Part shown: positions 1 to 16,622 of the stretch, one piece after another | Numbering within the stretch: position 1 is the first letter of the stretch | Layout: each line of letters begins with the position of its first letter | NCBI RefSeq assembly: GCF_009914755.1 | Contig: NC_060927.1 | Length of the DNA stretch: 64,000 nt | Source of the DNA: the human T2T-CHM13v2.0 reference genome, Homo sapiens | Direction: 5' to 3' (one strand) | Made by a program: the position numbers and the translations under genes | The notes under the pieces: generated by a model | What the model saw: only the letters and a program-made list of their open reading frames with translations | Told to the model about the DNA's origin: nothing | Databases searched by the model: none

Positions 1-58
1 ATATATCTATTTGCACCTGTTAAATAGCTAATATACTTTGTTTTACTGTGTGCCAAAA

Positions 59-60
<2 letters not shown>

Positions 61-92
<32 letters not shown>
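61..92. repeat. (TA)n microsatellite
   Basis: Uninterrupted TA run of about 15 units. Confidence 0.95.
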
Positions 93-269
93 GGAATACT
101 ATGCAGCCATAAAAAGGAATGAATTAACAGCATTTGCAGTGACCTGGATGAGATTGGAGACTATTATTCTAAGTGAAGTAACTCCAGAATGGAAAACCAA
201 AAATTGTATGTTCTCCTGATATGTGGGAGCTAAGCTATGAGGGTGCAAAGGCATAGGAATGATGCAATG

Positions 270-561
<292 letters not shown>

Positions 562-706
562 GAATGATGCAATGGACTTTGGGGTCTTGGAGGAAAGAGT
601 GGGAAGGGGGCGAGGGATAGAAGACTGCAAATATGGTGCAGTGTATGCTGCTTGGGTGATGGGTACACCAAAACTCACAAATTGCCACTAAAGAACTTAC
701 TCGTAT

Positions 707-955
707 AGATCACCTGAGGTCAGGAGTTCAAGACCAGCCTGGCCAACATGGTGAAACCCTGTCTGTAGTAAAAATACAAAAAATTAGCTGGGTTTGGTGG
801 TGGGTGCCTGTAATCCCACCTACTCAGGAGGCTGAGGCAGGAGAATCACTTGAACCCAGGAGGCAGTAGCTGCAGTGAGCTCAGTGAGCTGAGATTATGC
901 CATTGCACTCCAGCCTGGGCAACAAGAGCAAAACTCCATCTTAAAAAAAAAAAAA
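707..955 (+). mobile_element. 5'-truncated AluS (Sq-like)
   Basis: Starts at GATCACCTGAGGTCAGG; GGCAACAAGAGC; A-tail; degenerate TSD AAGAACTTACTCGTATA / AGGAACTTATTCATGTA (13/17). Confidence 0.92.
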
Positions 956-1243
956 GGAACTTATTCATGTAACCAAATACCACCTGTACCCCAATAACTT
1001 ATGGAAAAAAAAAAGAATCCACTTCATGTAGTAATATATGATAAGCACTTAGTAAATGCCAATTGTTATGTTCTTGCCTGGGCAACTTTTGGTTGTCAAC
1101 TGAGTAGAAAAAAGCGCCATCTTTTAGAAATCTGTAATTCCTTCTTATCTGTATGTTACCTTCATTTTCATAAAAGGTAAGCAGTAAAGTGTATTGTATC
1201 ATACAGTGATGAATTTTGGAAATTATGCATAACATTTTAATTA

Positions 1244-1482
1244 TAGCTTGAATATCCTTTATCTACAATATCTGGGAGCAGAAGTATTTAGGAGTTTAGG
1301 CTTTTTTCGGATTTTGGAATATTTGCATTATATACTTACCAGTTGAGTACCCCTAATCCAAGAGTCTGAAATCTGAAATACTACAATGAGCATTTCCTTT
1401 GCTCATCATGTCCATGTTCAAAACATTTCAGATTTTGGAGCATTTCAGATTTCAGATTTTCGGATTAGGGATGCTCAGCCTG
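1244..1482 (+). mobile_element. Tigger4a/MER46-type non-autonomous TcMar DNA transposon
   Basis: Terminal inverted repeats TAGCTTGAATATCC...GGGATGCTCAGCCTG flanked by TA; internal TTTCAGAT/TTTCGGAT repeats. Confidence 0.85.
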
Positions 1483-2576
1483 TATTTTAAATATGAAAGA
1501 CATGCACTTGTTAAGGACTTTTGCAGAGATTTTACTTTGCAATTATGAGTCAGCCCATATATGACTTCTGTTACGCAATTGCATATTTCTCAGAACTCTA
1601 TTTTTTTTCATTTGTATTACTTAAATGTTTACTTAACTGGGAAATAGAAGATTTGTTTTTTGTTAAAGTGCAAATAAATGACAAAACAAACCTAAATAAA
1701 AAATTAGTTGATTTAAATACTCAAAAAACCCAAAATGCTTCATGAATAACATAGTAGAACATACTTTGAGAAAAAAATATAAACATACATATATCTGACT
1801 TCAACTATCTTGTTAGTTGATTTGTGATTACTTAATTAGATTTATTAAATAACTAAAAACTGACTTACAAATTTATAAGCATATATTCAGGTTTCTGTTG
1901 TAATTAGAGTAAAAAAAATAGTTAAAAATTTACAATCTTATTGTCCTTATCTTTCCTGTTTTTACTTGGGAAATTATCCTTCTTACTTAAAAATTTTACT
2001 TCCTGTTTTTATCTCTGAAATATATAGTCTAATATGAAAATACACAAGATGGCAGATTGCAGGGGTGAGCTCATTTCTTCCTTAAGGAAATGATATAATA
2101 GAAATTATAATCTAGTGGATTTACCTGTACTATATTTCTCTCTTAATATTCAAAGCAACCCTTCCATCCCAAATACCAGAGCCAACCTTGAACAGAATTC
2201 CAAAGTGTGGATGAAATTTACCTCCAGTTCCTCTTCCTTATCCCCTCTTTGTCCACGTTTCCTTTTGACCTTTTGGCCCTTCCTTTGACCTTATCTAAAG
2301 ATGTATTTCTGGTGTTAGAAAGTGTTAGAACTTTCCTCTTCATTTTCAGCTTAAACTGAAGTCTTTATTTAACTTGGATTCCTAACTATTGCATCCTTAG
2401 CCCATATTACCAACCTATGAATTGAAATGTTGCCATCTATCTGACCAACCTAATAATGTCTTGCATCCTGCTCTCAATAGGTCACACTCTCTTAGATACC
2501 AGTGAAAGACTTGAGATTTTTCTGTTTCCTGCATTTATCTCAGCCTTCCATGTGAATCACCTGTATTAAAATTTTA

Positions 2577-2860
2577 GTAATCCCCACTTTCGGAGGCTGA
2601 GGCAGGCAGATTGCCTGAGGTCAGGAGTTCGTGACCAGCCTGGCCAACATGGTGAAACCCCGTCTCTACTAAAAATACAAAAAAGTAACCGGGCATGGTG
2701 GCACACACCTGTAGTCCCAGCTACCTGGGAGGCTGAGGCAGGAGAATCGCTTGAACCTGGGAGATGGAGGTGCAGTGAGCCGAGATTAGGCCACTGCACC
2801 CCAGCCTGGGTAACAGAGTGAGACTCCATCTCAAAAAAATAAAATAAAATAAAAAATAAA
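2577..2860 (+). mobile_element. AluS, slightly 5'-truncated
   Basis: GTAATCCC...GAGACTCCATCTC followed by (AAAAT)n tail. Confidence 0.95.
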
Positions 2861-3245
2861 TTAGTAATCTCATTTCTGATTCACTTGATCTGGGCTTACT
2901 TCCTTTTCCCAGCTGGGCTCTCTCTATGGTTCTAGTATGCTTTGTAGTGATTAAAAGGATTAGGATAAATAAAACCACTGCCATAAACCAAAAAATTTCT
3001 GGTCTACCTCAAGCCCTAATGGTCAACTTGGTTTTCCCTCGCCCCTAGTTATTCTGTTTATCAAACAGAAAATAAATACTCTTTACCAAGTTTCATAACA
3101 TATATATTAAAAAAATCTACTAATAGCATTTAGAAGGTGAGAATTCATACTGAATCTTCTACTTCTAGATCAAAAGCACTAGAATACTCAGAGTACTCTA
3201 GAAATGTATGATGGAGGTAGGTGACTCATTCTTTTAGAATTCATC

Positions 3246-3830
3246 TGTGGGAGGCAAAATAATTGCACCCCAAAATGCCCACTGCCTAAAGCCCAGAACC
3301 TGTGGTACATGGCAAAATGTTATGTTACATGAAAAAGGGACTCTGTAAATGTAATGAAGGTTGTTAACACTAAAACAGGGAGAGTATCCTAGATTATCCA
3401 AGCTGGCCCAGTCTAATCATCTTAAAAGCAGAGAACTTTTTTGGCTGGAATTTGGAAAAGAGGTGTGGTAGAAGGGGAAATTTGAAAGATGTCAAGTGTA
3501 ATAATGATTCAAGGTGCTGCTGCTGGCTCTGACATATAGGGACAGCACACATGCAAGGATCTAAAGATGGTTCCCAGCTGATAGCAAGGAAATGGAGATC
3601 TTAGTCCCACAACCATGAGGAACTGAATAAGCATGAAAGTGGATTTTTTTTCAGAGTTTCCTCCAGTTAAGAATCCAGCCGACACCTTGATTTTGGTCTT
3701 GTAAAGCCTACAGCAGAGAAACTGGTAGAGCCAATCTAAACTTCTGATCTGCAGAACTGTCAAATAATAAATTTGTATTGTCATAAGCTGCTAAGTTTGT
3801 GGTTGGTACAACAGCAACAGAAAACAAATA
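3246..3830 (+). mobile_element. MaLR solo LTR (MLT1D/E-like)
   Basis: TGTGG start, ATCCTAGATTATCC motif, 3' end CAGCAACAGAAAACAAATA. Confidence 0.8.
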
Positions 3831-6678
3831 TATTATCCAACATACTATCCCAGTCCAAAGGCCAACAGACACATTAGTTTAAAATCATAGAGTAAAGAAT
3901 TGGGACAGGAACCACTACTATGAAAAAAGAAAGTTCTTAACACTATAAATACATTTTCCCCGATATTCCTTCTTTTAGTCATATCCTCAGAGAAAGTAAA
4001 ATACCTCGAGACTAAAGGAAAAAGAACACAGGGAGTGTATATCTACTCAAGTGCAAATTGTCCTCACCAAGGAACTTCACAAATGTGCTCTTCCTCACAG
4101 GCAAGAATACTATACTAACAGTGCAACATTACTCAAACCAACTAAATCCACTCTCTTCAACAGGAAAAATCTGAAAAGAGCTTGAAAGTTTATAAAGGCA
4201 TGAAGATAATGAACATTTAAGAAACAATGAAAAAAAGAGAAAGAAAGTCCAGGCAAATGTACCCAAAATTCACAGATCACATGCCTACTGGGGTATGTTT
4301 TGCCTACTATACAAGTTGTCTTATAATCATACCTTTAAAGGAAATTATCTTCAAAAACTATGATTATTTATTTTTATATGTCATCACCAAAGCTAGTTTT
4401 TAAAATTTATCTTCCAAAATGAATTTTCTTTCTTACTCATATTTTTTACACAGCTAGCTTCTGGTCTTAACTGAACAAAGGAATATTGGAAGAAAGGCAG
4501 TTATTTCCAATGATTTTCGGCATTGAAGATTTAGAAAAGTTAACCTTTGAAAATTTACTCAACTTCAGAACCTAAAACTTTTTGAGGTATAACTACCAAC
4601 AACATGCTGAAAACAAATACTTTTGCAATCGACTAGAAATAATTTTCACAGTAAAAGGTAAATTCTCAGCACGCTGCACATATTCTACTTTATAATTATA
4701 TCACAGTATGAAATAATATGAAAGAAAATAAGGGGAACAAACCAATATAATGATTTAAAATTCTTATAGAAACAGGATAAATGAAGTTAATTTTATTTTT
4801 CTGTTGAGATAGAAAATATACTGAGCTAAAAATTACTAATACCACACTTTGAATCTTCCCTTTTGTCTTCCATGGAGGCCACACATGGAAGGATAGCTCC
4901 AATGACCTGGGTAAGGGCAATGCAGGATAGAAATGGCCACGTGAGAAAATGTACACACATTCCTTTCTTTTGAATACCACATTCTGCTTCCTAGAGGTCC
5001 CTGTAAACTTATTAAAAACTTCAGTCATTTTGTAAGGAGATACCATAATTTCAAGGGGCTTTGAGGCTCATTTATAGCAAATTAATCCCCATTTTATGTC
5101 TGTCCCCATTTAGTATTTCTAAAGGGGGTGGATAACAAATCTCGCCAACTCTCTTTTTAAGGGCTATTCAGATACTAAATAAACCAGGAACATTTAAAAA
5201 TACAATCTCACAAAAATCTGCTTTGCTTAACCTTCTCTCCTTCTTTAAAAAATAAGAAAGGCATGATGTTCTTTTTTTGTTAATTAATTCATTTTAGACA
5301 ATTCCTTAAATTTTCATTTTAATAAATTTTTGTGTGGGTGCATTAATTACTCTCAAAGATGCTTTACAACTGTTACCTATTAAAAGCCTTTGTTAGTGAA
5401 TAAAAAAAAAGAAAAGAAAAGAAAAAACTTCCAGCATGCTCCCTTCCTTCTCTATTCTGAGCAGGTCCTTGCTATCAACTGCTGGAGTATGCTTGCTTTG
5501 CACCTAGAGCTATAATTATTTTGCTTTAATTTTACAAAACCTTTTGTTCCATTCCCACGAGCCCACCTGATCCTTATATTACACTCGCTCTATTAAAACA
5601 CTCATGCAGAACAAAGCATGGCTGTACTGATTCATAAGTAACTTTTTTTTTTTCCTCAGTAAAATGCCACTGGCTAGGGTTCGGGACACAGTCCTGGGCT
5701 TCACCATCCTATGCCAATTTTCATATGTTAGAACAAAAAAAATATGTTGTATCAGAGTGTTGTACTCTTCCCCAAGATCCTTCCTTTGCCCCACTTGTTT
5801 TTTGTGTTTTTAAACATATTTTATCTTATACTTAACTTTACTCTGGGGCAATATACATGACAGAATGTTGAGGATGGTGGATATATTAAAAGATTGTAAT
5901 CATGTTGATATTTCTTTTATTCATGTGGTTAAAATTCTTAAAAATGACTTCTGTTGCCTTATTTAATTTTTTTTTTCTTTCTCCTTACTCCACCTCTTTT
6001 CCTTGAGATCTTGCAATACATGTGGGCTTTTGGCAAAAAAAAAAAAAAATTGCAGTGACTCATCAAGAAAACTGTTTGTTTGCTCTGAGGAGCACCCTGA
6101 GGACCCTCTGGGCTGCACACGGAGCCCTTTGATCCTAGGAAATTTATTTCTTCCAGATGTTTTCCCGACAGCCACCTTTCTGCAATGTCCCTCTTCATTA
6201 TGTAGCATAAGAATACTCAAGACCCACTGCTATGGTACAGTTTTCCTGAATGGAGTGTGACAGGGAGTTGACATTTGATTGAGCTGTTGGATTCTTCTTG
6301 CCTTAGGCACAATGATGGAGGAAGGTTAACACTGAGGAAAGGCAGAACTGGGTCTGTTCAGGTACAGTGTCTTTAGGATTAGGATGGAAATTATGTGAAC
6401 CAGGCCAAAGAAATTATGTAAAATCTACAAATCTGCAGACCATTGATCATGGACCTAGTTTTCTTCAACCCTGTAAAATCTTGATGCCTGGATCTGCCAT
6501 GTTGTTACTCCTCCAATTTTTTTTCTTTTTTTTTTTTTTTTACTAAAATACAAAGTGCGGACAGGAAAGTTAAGCCTTTGGACAACTCTTGTTTTTTCTT
6601 GGCCTGGCTGACAGTGCTAGCGGAAAGGAGAAGGGAGAACAAGGGAAGAATGCAGAGCAGGTACAAAGGTAAACATGG

Positions 6679-7160
6679 TGTGGTGGGCTGAATAATGACA
6701 TCTCAAAATGTGTCCACGTTCTAACTCTTGGAGTCTGAATATTAATTTAAATGAAAAAAAAAAAAGACTTTGCAGGTATAATTAAATTAAGAATTTTGAC
6801 ATATGGAGCTTATCCTGGATTATCTAGATGGGCCCTAACTACAATTCTATGTATCCTTGTAACAGGAAGATTCCACATGGACAGAAGAGGCCAACTTAAT
6901 GTGACCAGAGAAGCTGAGATTGCAGTGATGTGGCCACAAGCCAAAAAACGGTAGTGGTCAGCAGAAGCTGAGGAAGGCAAAGAAAAGGATTCTCCCCTAG
7001 AGCATCCAGAAGGAATGCAGCCCTGCTGACATCTTGCTTCTCGCCCAATGATACCGATTTTGGACTTTTGGCTTCCAGAACTGTGAGAGAATAGATTTCT
7101 GATGGTTTAAGTCACCAGGCTTGTGGTAGTTTGTTATAGCAGCCACAGGAAACTAATACA
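6679..7160 (+). mobile_element. MaLR solo LTR (MLT1C-like)
   Basis: TGTGGTGGGCTGAATAATG...GCAGCCACAGGAAACTAATACA; 5-bp TSD-like CATGG/AATGG. Confidence 0.85.
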
Positions 7161-7716
7161 AATGGTAACCATTTCAAAACTCCATTGTTCAGAGCATTTG
7201 TGAAATCACTGAAGTCTCAGGTTGAAGGCACAGTGGAAAACAGGATGCCAAGGCTTGAAGACAAAATTCTCTGTGGAGATACTGGAGATATTAAGGGCAC
7301 TTATAATCTACAGCAAGTAGGGAACTAAAACAGGGCAAAGAGAGTGCACAAGGGCATTCAACAGAAGATTAAACAGATTATGAATGTAAATGTTCTAATT
7401 TTCTAATGCTGGTTTGCATTTTTTATGAAGTAGGACAAATCTATAGTATTTTCCATTTAAGTTAATGCTTACACACATAATGTATTACCAGCCATTTTCC
7501 CCCTAAATCAATTATCAGTATCATTAACTTTAGTGACATTTGATTTGGCAAATATAAACTATATTTGGCACATATATACTGTATTATAAAAATAAAGATC
7601 CTCTATCTGCACTTGAGGTAACTTTCCTTTAGCTATTCAAAGAAAAATCTATTTTTAAGGTTTAACCCAAAGATAATATGGAACCTAAACCCAAGAATTC
7701 TTAAATAGATATATTA

Positions 7717-8790
<1,074 letters not shown>

Positions 8791-10524
8791 AAGATCACAC
8801 CGTTGCACTCCAGCCTCGGCAACAAGAGCAAAACTCCATCTCAAAACAAAACAGCAACAACAACAAAAAACCCAATAACTTAAAATTGGAAAAGTCCAAT
8901 AGCAAAATTATTGTGACCAAACCACCCAGTTTATCCCTTTCTCTAGTTCATCGTTAAAAACACTTGGTAGCAGCATTATTAATAAAGAACTAAAAATACA
9001 CCTGAACTCTATGATTCTTCTTAGCTATATGGCTTTTCAACAACCAAACCATTAATCTTCGTAATCACCATGAAGCTAATAGATGTAGACTACAGATACA
9101 GATAAAGAAATAAGATTATGGAAAGCTTAAAGAGATTCTAGATCAATCAGCAAATGAGAAGAACTGAGAAAATCAAGTAGAAATGCTGGCTGCGTTCTCT
9201 AGTACCTTTGAAAAGCTACTAGAGATAGAATCCTTCTTTTGGAGAAAATAGTCCAATGACAGAACATGTAAAAGATGGACAGAGTCATTTATTTTTTGCT
9301 ACTTTCATATTAACACAGAGTATTCATTTGGCAGTAGTTTTCAAAACAAGAAGAACAGTCTATTTTTAAATAAAATTAAAAAAAGTAACTGATGATTAAC
9401 ATAACTACTGTACCAAAAGAAAGATAACATAAGTCATTCAAAGTACCAGGAGGCTAAAGAAATTCTAATAGTTATCCCTATACACCTTCATTTCAATAAA
9501 CATGAAAAATGGGAATCTCAATGTGTTGTCTTTTCAATTTCCTAATAACACCAGGGGGACTCAAGGCAGTTCAAATCTCAGGACTTCAGAGGCCACTGAG
9601 TTCCACTATCTGGGGTGCTGAGCAGTCGATATGAATTCCAACTTCATACTCTCCTTGTCTCCTTGTTCTATTTGCTTTAACACTATGTACACCTAACTTA
9701 TCTTTAGAAGGACAGGATGCATATCCTTTCTATAAAAAAACTATGCAGATTTTCATAGTGCCATATAATTACAGGTACTCTTTATTTGTTTATGAACCCT
9801 TCCAACAACCCAATAGGCAATTGTTAACATTCCCATTTATCACTATCTCACCTATTTCTGAGTTCCTAGAGGGTTGAGAACATTCTTTTCCTGTTACTAT
9901 CTTCTCTTAGTTCTATCACCCCTGGTAAGAAGTTAAGTAGTAACTAGTTGACATAGAACTCACGGCACCGAAGAATGGGTGGCCAGGATCAGTGCAAATT
10001 GGTTCATTTGGGTTTGTAACCTTTGTGATAAATTATTGAGTGCTATAGAGATAAAATATAAAATAATTTTTAAAAATCCTACTACAAAACTACCTTAACC
10101 CTTTTAGCACAGATTATGATCCTGAAAGCTAATAATCTGTACTGTGCTATAACAAATATAAGAGGATGCCTTTAGTATGATAAAGTTTGCTGTGATGGAG
10201 AAATGGTTGAGATAAATGGGACTTTAAAATCAAGAGTCAAGAACATTTGGAAAGATATGAGATACACTTAGGAATCTTACAAATGAACAAGGACTTGTCT
10301 CTAGTTTCTTAGTCATAATGTTTCTAAGACACAAATTAATCAAAATCCCAGGTTATCAGTTACTTAATATAAATTTTCCAATAAACACCCCTTGATTACA
10401 CACTTAGGTCTTCAAAGTGGGTAGATTTATACAATTCCCCTCTACACAGGCAAATTACATACACAAAAATTATGAAGTTATTTTTTTCTTTGAAGTAGTT
10501 TAGTGAATTTTTAAAAATCTGTAA

Positions 10525-10581
10525 TGAATAAAACCAGACTTTAAATCCTGAATAAAACCAGACTTTAAATCCTGAATAAAA
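10525..10581. repeat. 24-bp tandem duplication
   Basis: TGAATAAAACCAGACTTTAAATCC twice plus a partial third unit, perfect. Confidence 0.95.
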
Positions 10582-10924
10582 ATGTTCTGTATCAATGATT
10601 GTCATGATATGTGTCTTGGTAATAGATTATTGCATAATTTTTTTCTTAATAAAATGGTATCTCCATCAAACATGTAGATCATGGAGTCTTCCCATAGGGA
10701 CTTTTAAGATCATGTAATCCAATCCTTCATTTTACAGATGAAGAAACAATATGTGAGTGTTTTAATAAAGCCTACTTTAAGTTTTTCATTGAGACAAAAA
10801 TGGTTGTTATATGAAGAGAAAAGGAGAAAAAGAATTAATAGTAGAAAGTTGGAAGTGAAGAGTGAGGAAAAACAGAAAGGCTTTTTCATTGGTGCAGAGC
10901 ACTAAGCAGAGATGCATTCTCTAA

Positions 10925-11278
<354 letters not shown>

Positions 11279-11644
11279 CGTAGTATCCATTTTTAAAATA
11301 ATCACTTAGATTATAAACACGTAAACAATTTAGACAGGTTTACCTCTAGGGAATCATATGACTTACCATAAATAAGCAAACATATTTTGTATTACCAACA
11401 TGCTAACTGTTCATTCATTTACACTGTATATTACCTCTCACTTCCCCAGAATATGCAAGTTGAAGGAAACATAACAACCATTGTAAAACTCTATCTTAAA
11501 ATAAATATTATTCTATAAAGAAAAAACAAACATTTTTAAGAGTCATATAAAGGCAAATTTTAATTTGAAGACTTGATACTAAGGAATAAATATATATACC
11601 TAATATGTATTCACAAAAGTTAAAAACTAATTTTTTTAATGTAG

Positions 11645-11865
11645 GCTGTGGAATCAGACTCCCTGGGACTGAATTTTGATTTTGCCCCATCCTTGACCTT
11701 GGGCAAATTTTTTCTCTCTGTGCCTCAGTTTCCTCACCAGTAAAATTAGGATAACAACAGTGACTATTTACAAGAGTTGTTGTGAGGATGGAATGCCATA
11801 AATTTACATATAAATCTTTTAGAACAGGGACTGGCACATAGTAATTAATAAATGTTAGCTGTTAC
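11645..11865 (+). mobile_element. MIR SINE
   Basis: Core TGACCTTGGGCAAATT...CTCTGTGCCTCAGTTTCCTCA; 3' TGGCACATAGTAA. Confidence 0.85.
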
Positions 11866-12144
11866 TTCTAATATGTACAAGCCTGTTAAACATTTTGCAG
11901 AGGGGAGATAAGGTGTTTCTCATTAATGGGACTTGTTAAGGCATTTTGTCTTTCAAATGGCTGCCTAACTTAATTCATACCAATATTTTATTTCAGTAGG
12001 ATTAATGAAATAGTATGAGGAAAAGCCTTAGTGTGGTTTCTTTAGACATGTTTGAGACAGATATTCTCATCCTTTTAAGGGGAGTAATCTAAAATGCTAC
12101 ACCCATTTGTGGCTTAAAGTAACTGAGAAGTGACTCTCACAAGA

Positions 12145-12500
12145 TGACATGATTTAGCTGTGTCCCCATCCAGATCTCATCTTGAATTGTAGCTCCCATA
12201 ATTCCCACATATTGTGGGAGGAACCCAGTGGGAGATAACTGAATCATGGGGGCGGTTTCCCCCATACTGTTCTCGTGGTAGTGAATAAGTCTCATGAGAT
12301 CTGGTGATTTTATAAGGGGTTTCCCCTTTCGCTTGGCTCTTTCCTTCTCTCTTCCCTGCTGCCATGTAAGATGTGACTTTCACCTTCCGCCATGATTGTG
12401 AGGTCTACCCAGCCACGTGAAACTGTGAGTCCATTAAACCTTTTTTTCTTTATAAATTACCCAGTCTTGCATGTCTTTATTGTGAGAACAGACTAATACA
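12145..12500 (+). mobile_element. THE1 (MaLR) solo LTR
   Basis: TGACATGATTTAGCTGTGTCCCCA...GAGAACAGACTAATACA; TSD-like CAAGA/CAAGG. Confidence 0.92.
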
Positions 12501-13922
12501 CAAGGCAAAGGAGAAAATGGGGGAGCAGAAGAGGCTTAGCAGGATGCATACATCTTCTGATATGGAGAACATGAAAGCACTCACTGAGGAAAGTGGAGGT
12601 GCTGGCTCTTCAGCAAGCAAATGCTCCACCTATATGCTCCCACAGTATCTTATACATGTCTCAAAGCCTTTAACCTGCTGCTTTGTAATGATTTGTTTAC
12701 ATATACTTTTTTTTGTTATTATATGGTCTTCTACTTGAAGACAAAAACTGTCCCATTCACTTTTGCTCAGTAGTTGCTCAGTGGCATATTTCTGGATTGA
12801 ATGACTTAGTTAATTAATAACAGTTACTACAATGGGGGAGGCTATTGATTTTAAAGCGAGAGCTAAGACTCACAGGTTCTATCCAATGGAGGGGCGTGTT
12901 GAAGTAGAAGTAGCTAGCTATTATGGTACTGACAATGGATCTCTGATCTCTGTGCTGGGGATAAATGCTCTAAGTGAGCATGAAATATTTTTGAAGTTTA
13001 TACATGTGTAAGTTTTTTTTCCCCTTAACCATAATAACTTTCTTTTTTAAAAATGCATGAATATTTGAGTAACTAAGTGCAATGTTAATGTTGGGTGCAA
13101 ATATAATCTGCCTAATAAACCATGGAAAAAGCCTGAAAATAAATTCAATAAATAGAGTCCTAGATAATGTGTTGTGGGAGATGAGAGAATAAGCAATTAA
13201 TTATAGATGGTGGAATTAAGGTAATTTTAGTAGAGAAGGTAATATTTGAGCAGGATCTTGATGCAAATACTAAATCTAAATCTGTGAAAATAGAGCTTAT
13301 ATCCTTAATGTAGAAACTGGCTGATATGCAGAGATAAGTTGAAAGTCCTGTGAATAGGTGACATAAACATCAAAGGTATTCCTAATTCCCAATATACTTG
13401 AAAAATTGGCTATTATTTGATGCATATATCCCTGTATGGCAATCAGTCCAGTAAATAAAATAATAATAATGTCCTTTAAAAAATTCATTTATTCATGAAT
13501 ATTCATTCATCCATTCACTCTTTCAACCTAATGTGATAATCTACTGAATATCAAATTCCGAACTGTGCTGAGTACATTGGAAACCACGGTGGTCAAGACA
13601 GAATAAAGTCTCTGCATAAGAAGTAGGTTCAGACAATTAAATTAATAATTATAATGCAATACATATTATGTTAGGTAAAGTACTACATGTTATGGAAATA
13701 TGTAATTATAAGCAATTTATACTTAAACTCATTACATAAATATGGCAGAACTATATTTGGATAAAGTGCTGGTGGTTTTTATTGACCTTGAATTTCTTCT
13801 GATTTGGTCTTGTTTACCTACAGAGTAGACTGCCACATCTGGGTCTTACTTATACTGTTTGCTATTCAAAATCTTGCCTCTTGAACTACCTATTTAATTA
13901 TGGATTCATGAAGCACAAATCA

Positions 13923-14472
<550 letters not shown>

Positions 14473-15359
14473 TTATCATTTTAATGAGGAAAAGTTAAAG
14501 TTGGTCTTTTCGTTGTGGTTCTTAAATGCAAGGTATAACCTATAGTCCATAACAAATTTTTCTTTAGAAATTATCAAGTACACAGTGGGTTTTCTTTAGA
14601 AACCACAATTCTAGATTTTTTAAAGCAGAAAATATGCTGTCCTCCTTCATTTTAATTCTTTTGGAGGAATAGAACTTTTTTTTTCTTTCTATAGTTAACT
14701 AGAGTTGCCACAGGCAAGAGGACTAACAGAGTAAAATACTAACTGATCCAATATATACTGCATTTATCTAACTGGATTTCATCTAGCTCAACATCATGGC
14801 TTTGTAGTCTAAGCAGTAGATGAACAGAAACAATAAACTGGGCAAGTAATGTTTTGTGTGAATAACAGAAAAGAGTGAACAGAAATATAACACTTCACCA
14901 TTGCACAAAATACAATTAAATATGATTTTTAAAAACCCAGCCACTGATCCACTGCCCAATCATAAAAGAATTGTAATCAGTTCAAGTAGTCTTAAATATA
15001 GTGAAAATGTCCTCAAGATACACAGCATGAGAGAACAAAGAGTTTTCACTATCATCTGCTGGACTCAGGGAAGGTGTGCTATGTGGTTATCATTTGAGTG
15101 CTCTGTGTTTAAGTTAATCAATATTATAAATTATGCATGTATTTTAGAAGTTCATAATTTCTATTAACTTGTAAAGTTATTGAAAAGAAGGATGAATAAA
15201 CCATACTACAAAAATAAGAATGTGAATAAATGCCAGTTTTTCCTCAGATTACAGATGATATAACATCGCTGCTATTTTAAGAAAATGAGACTGGATCAGA
15301 TGTGAACATTTATCCCTTCTCTTTAGGATAGCCTATGAATTCAACACATTGACACTAAT

Positions 15360-15560
15360 TATAACAATAGCTAACAGTTAACTGGAGTACTAACCATGTG
15401 CAAAGCACACTGTAATTATTTCACATATATTATCTCATTTAATGCTAACAACAATACTATATTATAAACAAGGAAACTGAGGCAAAGGGAAGTCATTTGC
15501 TCTAGATCACCAGGGTAGTAACGGGTGGATGTAGGATTCAAACCAGACATACTCCAGAAT
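15360..15560 (-). mobile_element. MIR SINE
   Basis: Reverse core AGGAAACTGAGGC...GGATTCAAACCAG. Confidence 0.75.
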
Positions 15561-15675
15561 CCATACAATATCAGAATAGTCTGACCCCAAAAGACACACA
15601 CACACAAAATGGATCTAACCAATACCTTGGGAACATCATCTAACTTTTCTGGGCTTTAGATCCTTCAGCTGAAAT

Positions 15676-15794
15676 AGGAGTTGACAAACCTTTTCCAAAA
15701 AGGATAAAATCTTAAATATTTTAGGCTTTGTGGGTCAAGAGGCAAAATCAGAGATGTCATGCTATTTAGGTAATTATATAATTGGAGAGAAAAC
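15676..15794 (+). mobile_element. hAT-Charlie (MER58/Cheshire-like) 5' fragment
   Basis: GTTGACAAACCTTTT...AAATATTTTAGGCTTTGTGGGTCA. Confidence 0.55.
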
Positions 15795-16484
15795 TTGCTG
15801 TATCTCAGCCAGTTAGATGAAAAACACATAATACAACAGGAAAGGATAATCTTCAAACTATTAAATTATATTCTCTTTGTACGTCTAATGTGGAGACAAA
15901 TTATATTAAGAACACGGTAGCTGAAATAAAATTATTTCAGATTAGCACATCAGGTGTTGAATGTTATCAGTGGTTATCTTAGGGGGTGACAGAAGAAGAT
16001 TTTAGGGACAGAGGGAAGTTTTTTCACTTCCAGTTAAAATTTATTTTTTAAGTGGTGGAATTGATTGTTATTTATTATTATTATATTTTACTTTGTGTTT
16101 TGGAGTAGTTTTCAGTATTTTTTCCTGGTTTTATTGAGGTAAAACTGACAATAATTTTACACATTTAATATGTACAATGTGATGGTTATCAAATACACAT
16201 TACCACGGTCAAGATTATTAACATATCCATCACCTCATATAGTTACCATTGTGCATGTGTGTGAGTATGTGTGTGTGCTGAGAATACTTCAGATCTTACT
16301 CTCTGCGTAAATTTAATGGATGCAAGTCAGTATTATTAACTATAGTCACTATGCTGTATATTTGATCACCATAAGTTATTCATCTTATAATTGAAAGTGT
16401 GTACCCTTTGACGAACTTCTCCTGATATCCCTGTCCCCAGCTCCTGGCAATCACCATTTTATTCTTTACACTTTTGAAATCTAC

Positions 16485-16569
16485 TTTTTTTTTCTTAATT
16501 TAATTTTAAGTTCTGGGATACATGTACAGGACGTGCAGGTTTGTTACATAGGCAAACGTGTGCCATGGT
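16485..16569 (-). mobile_element. Short L1PA 3' terminal fragment
   Basis: T-tail plus TTTTAAGTTCTGGGATACATGTACAGGACGTGCAGGTTTGTTACATAGG. Confidence 0.85.
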
Positions 16570-16622
16570 AGTGAACAGCCATGTTTTCAATACATCACAA
16601 GCCATAGTAGTGAGAAACACCA

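Noticed and set aside
3246-7160. Two same-orientation MLT1 LTRs as one element
   Set aside because: Different lengths and apparent subfamilies; the intervening DNA is not recognisably MLT-internal
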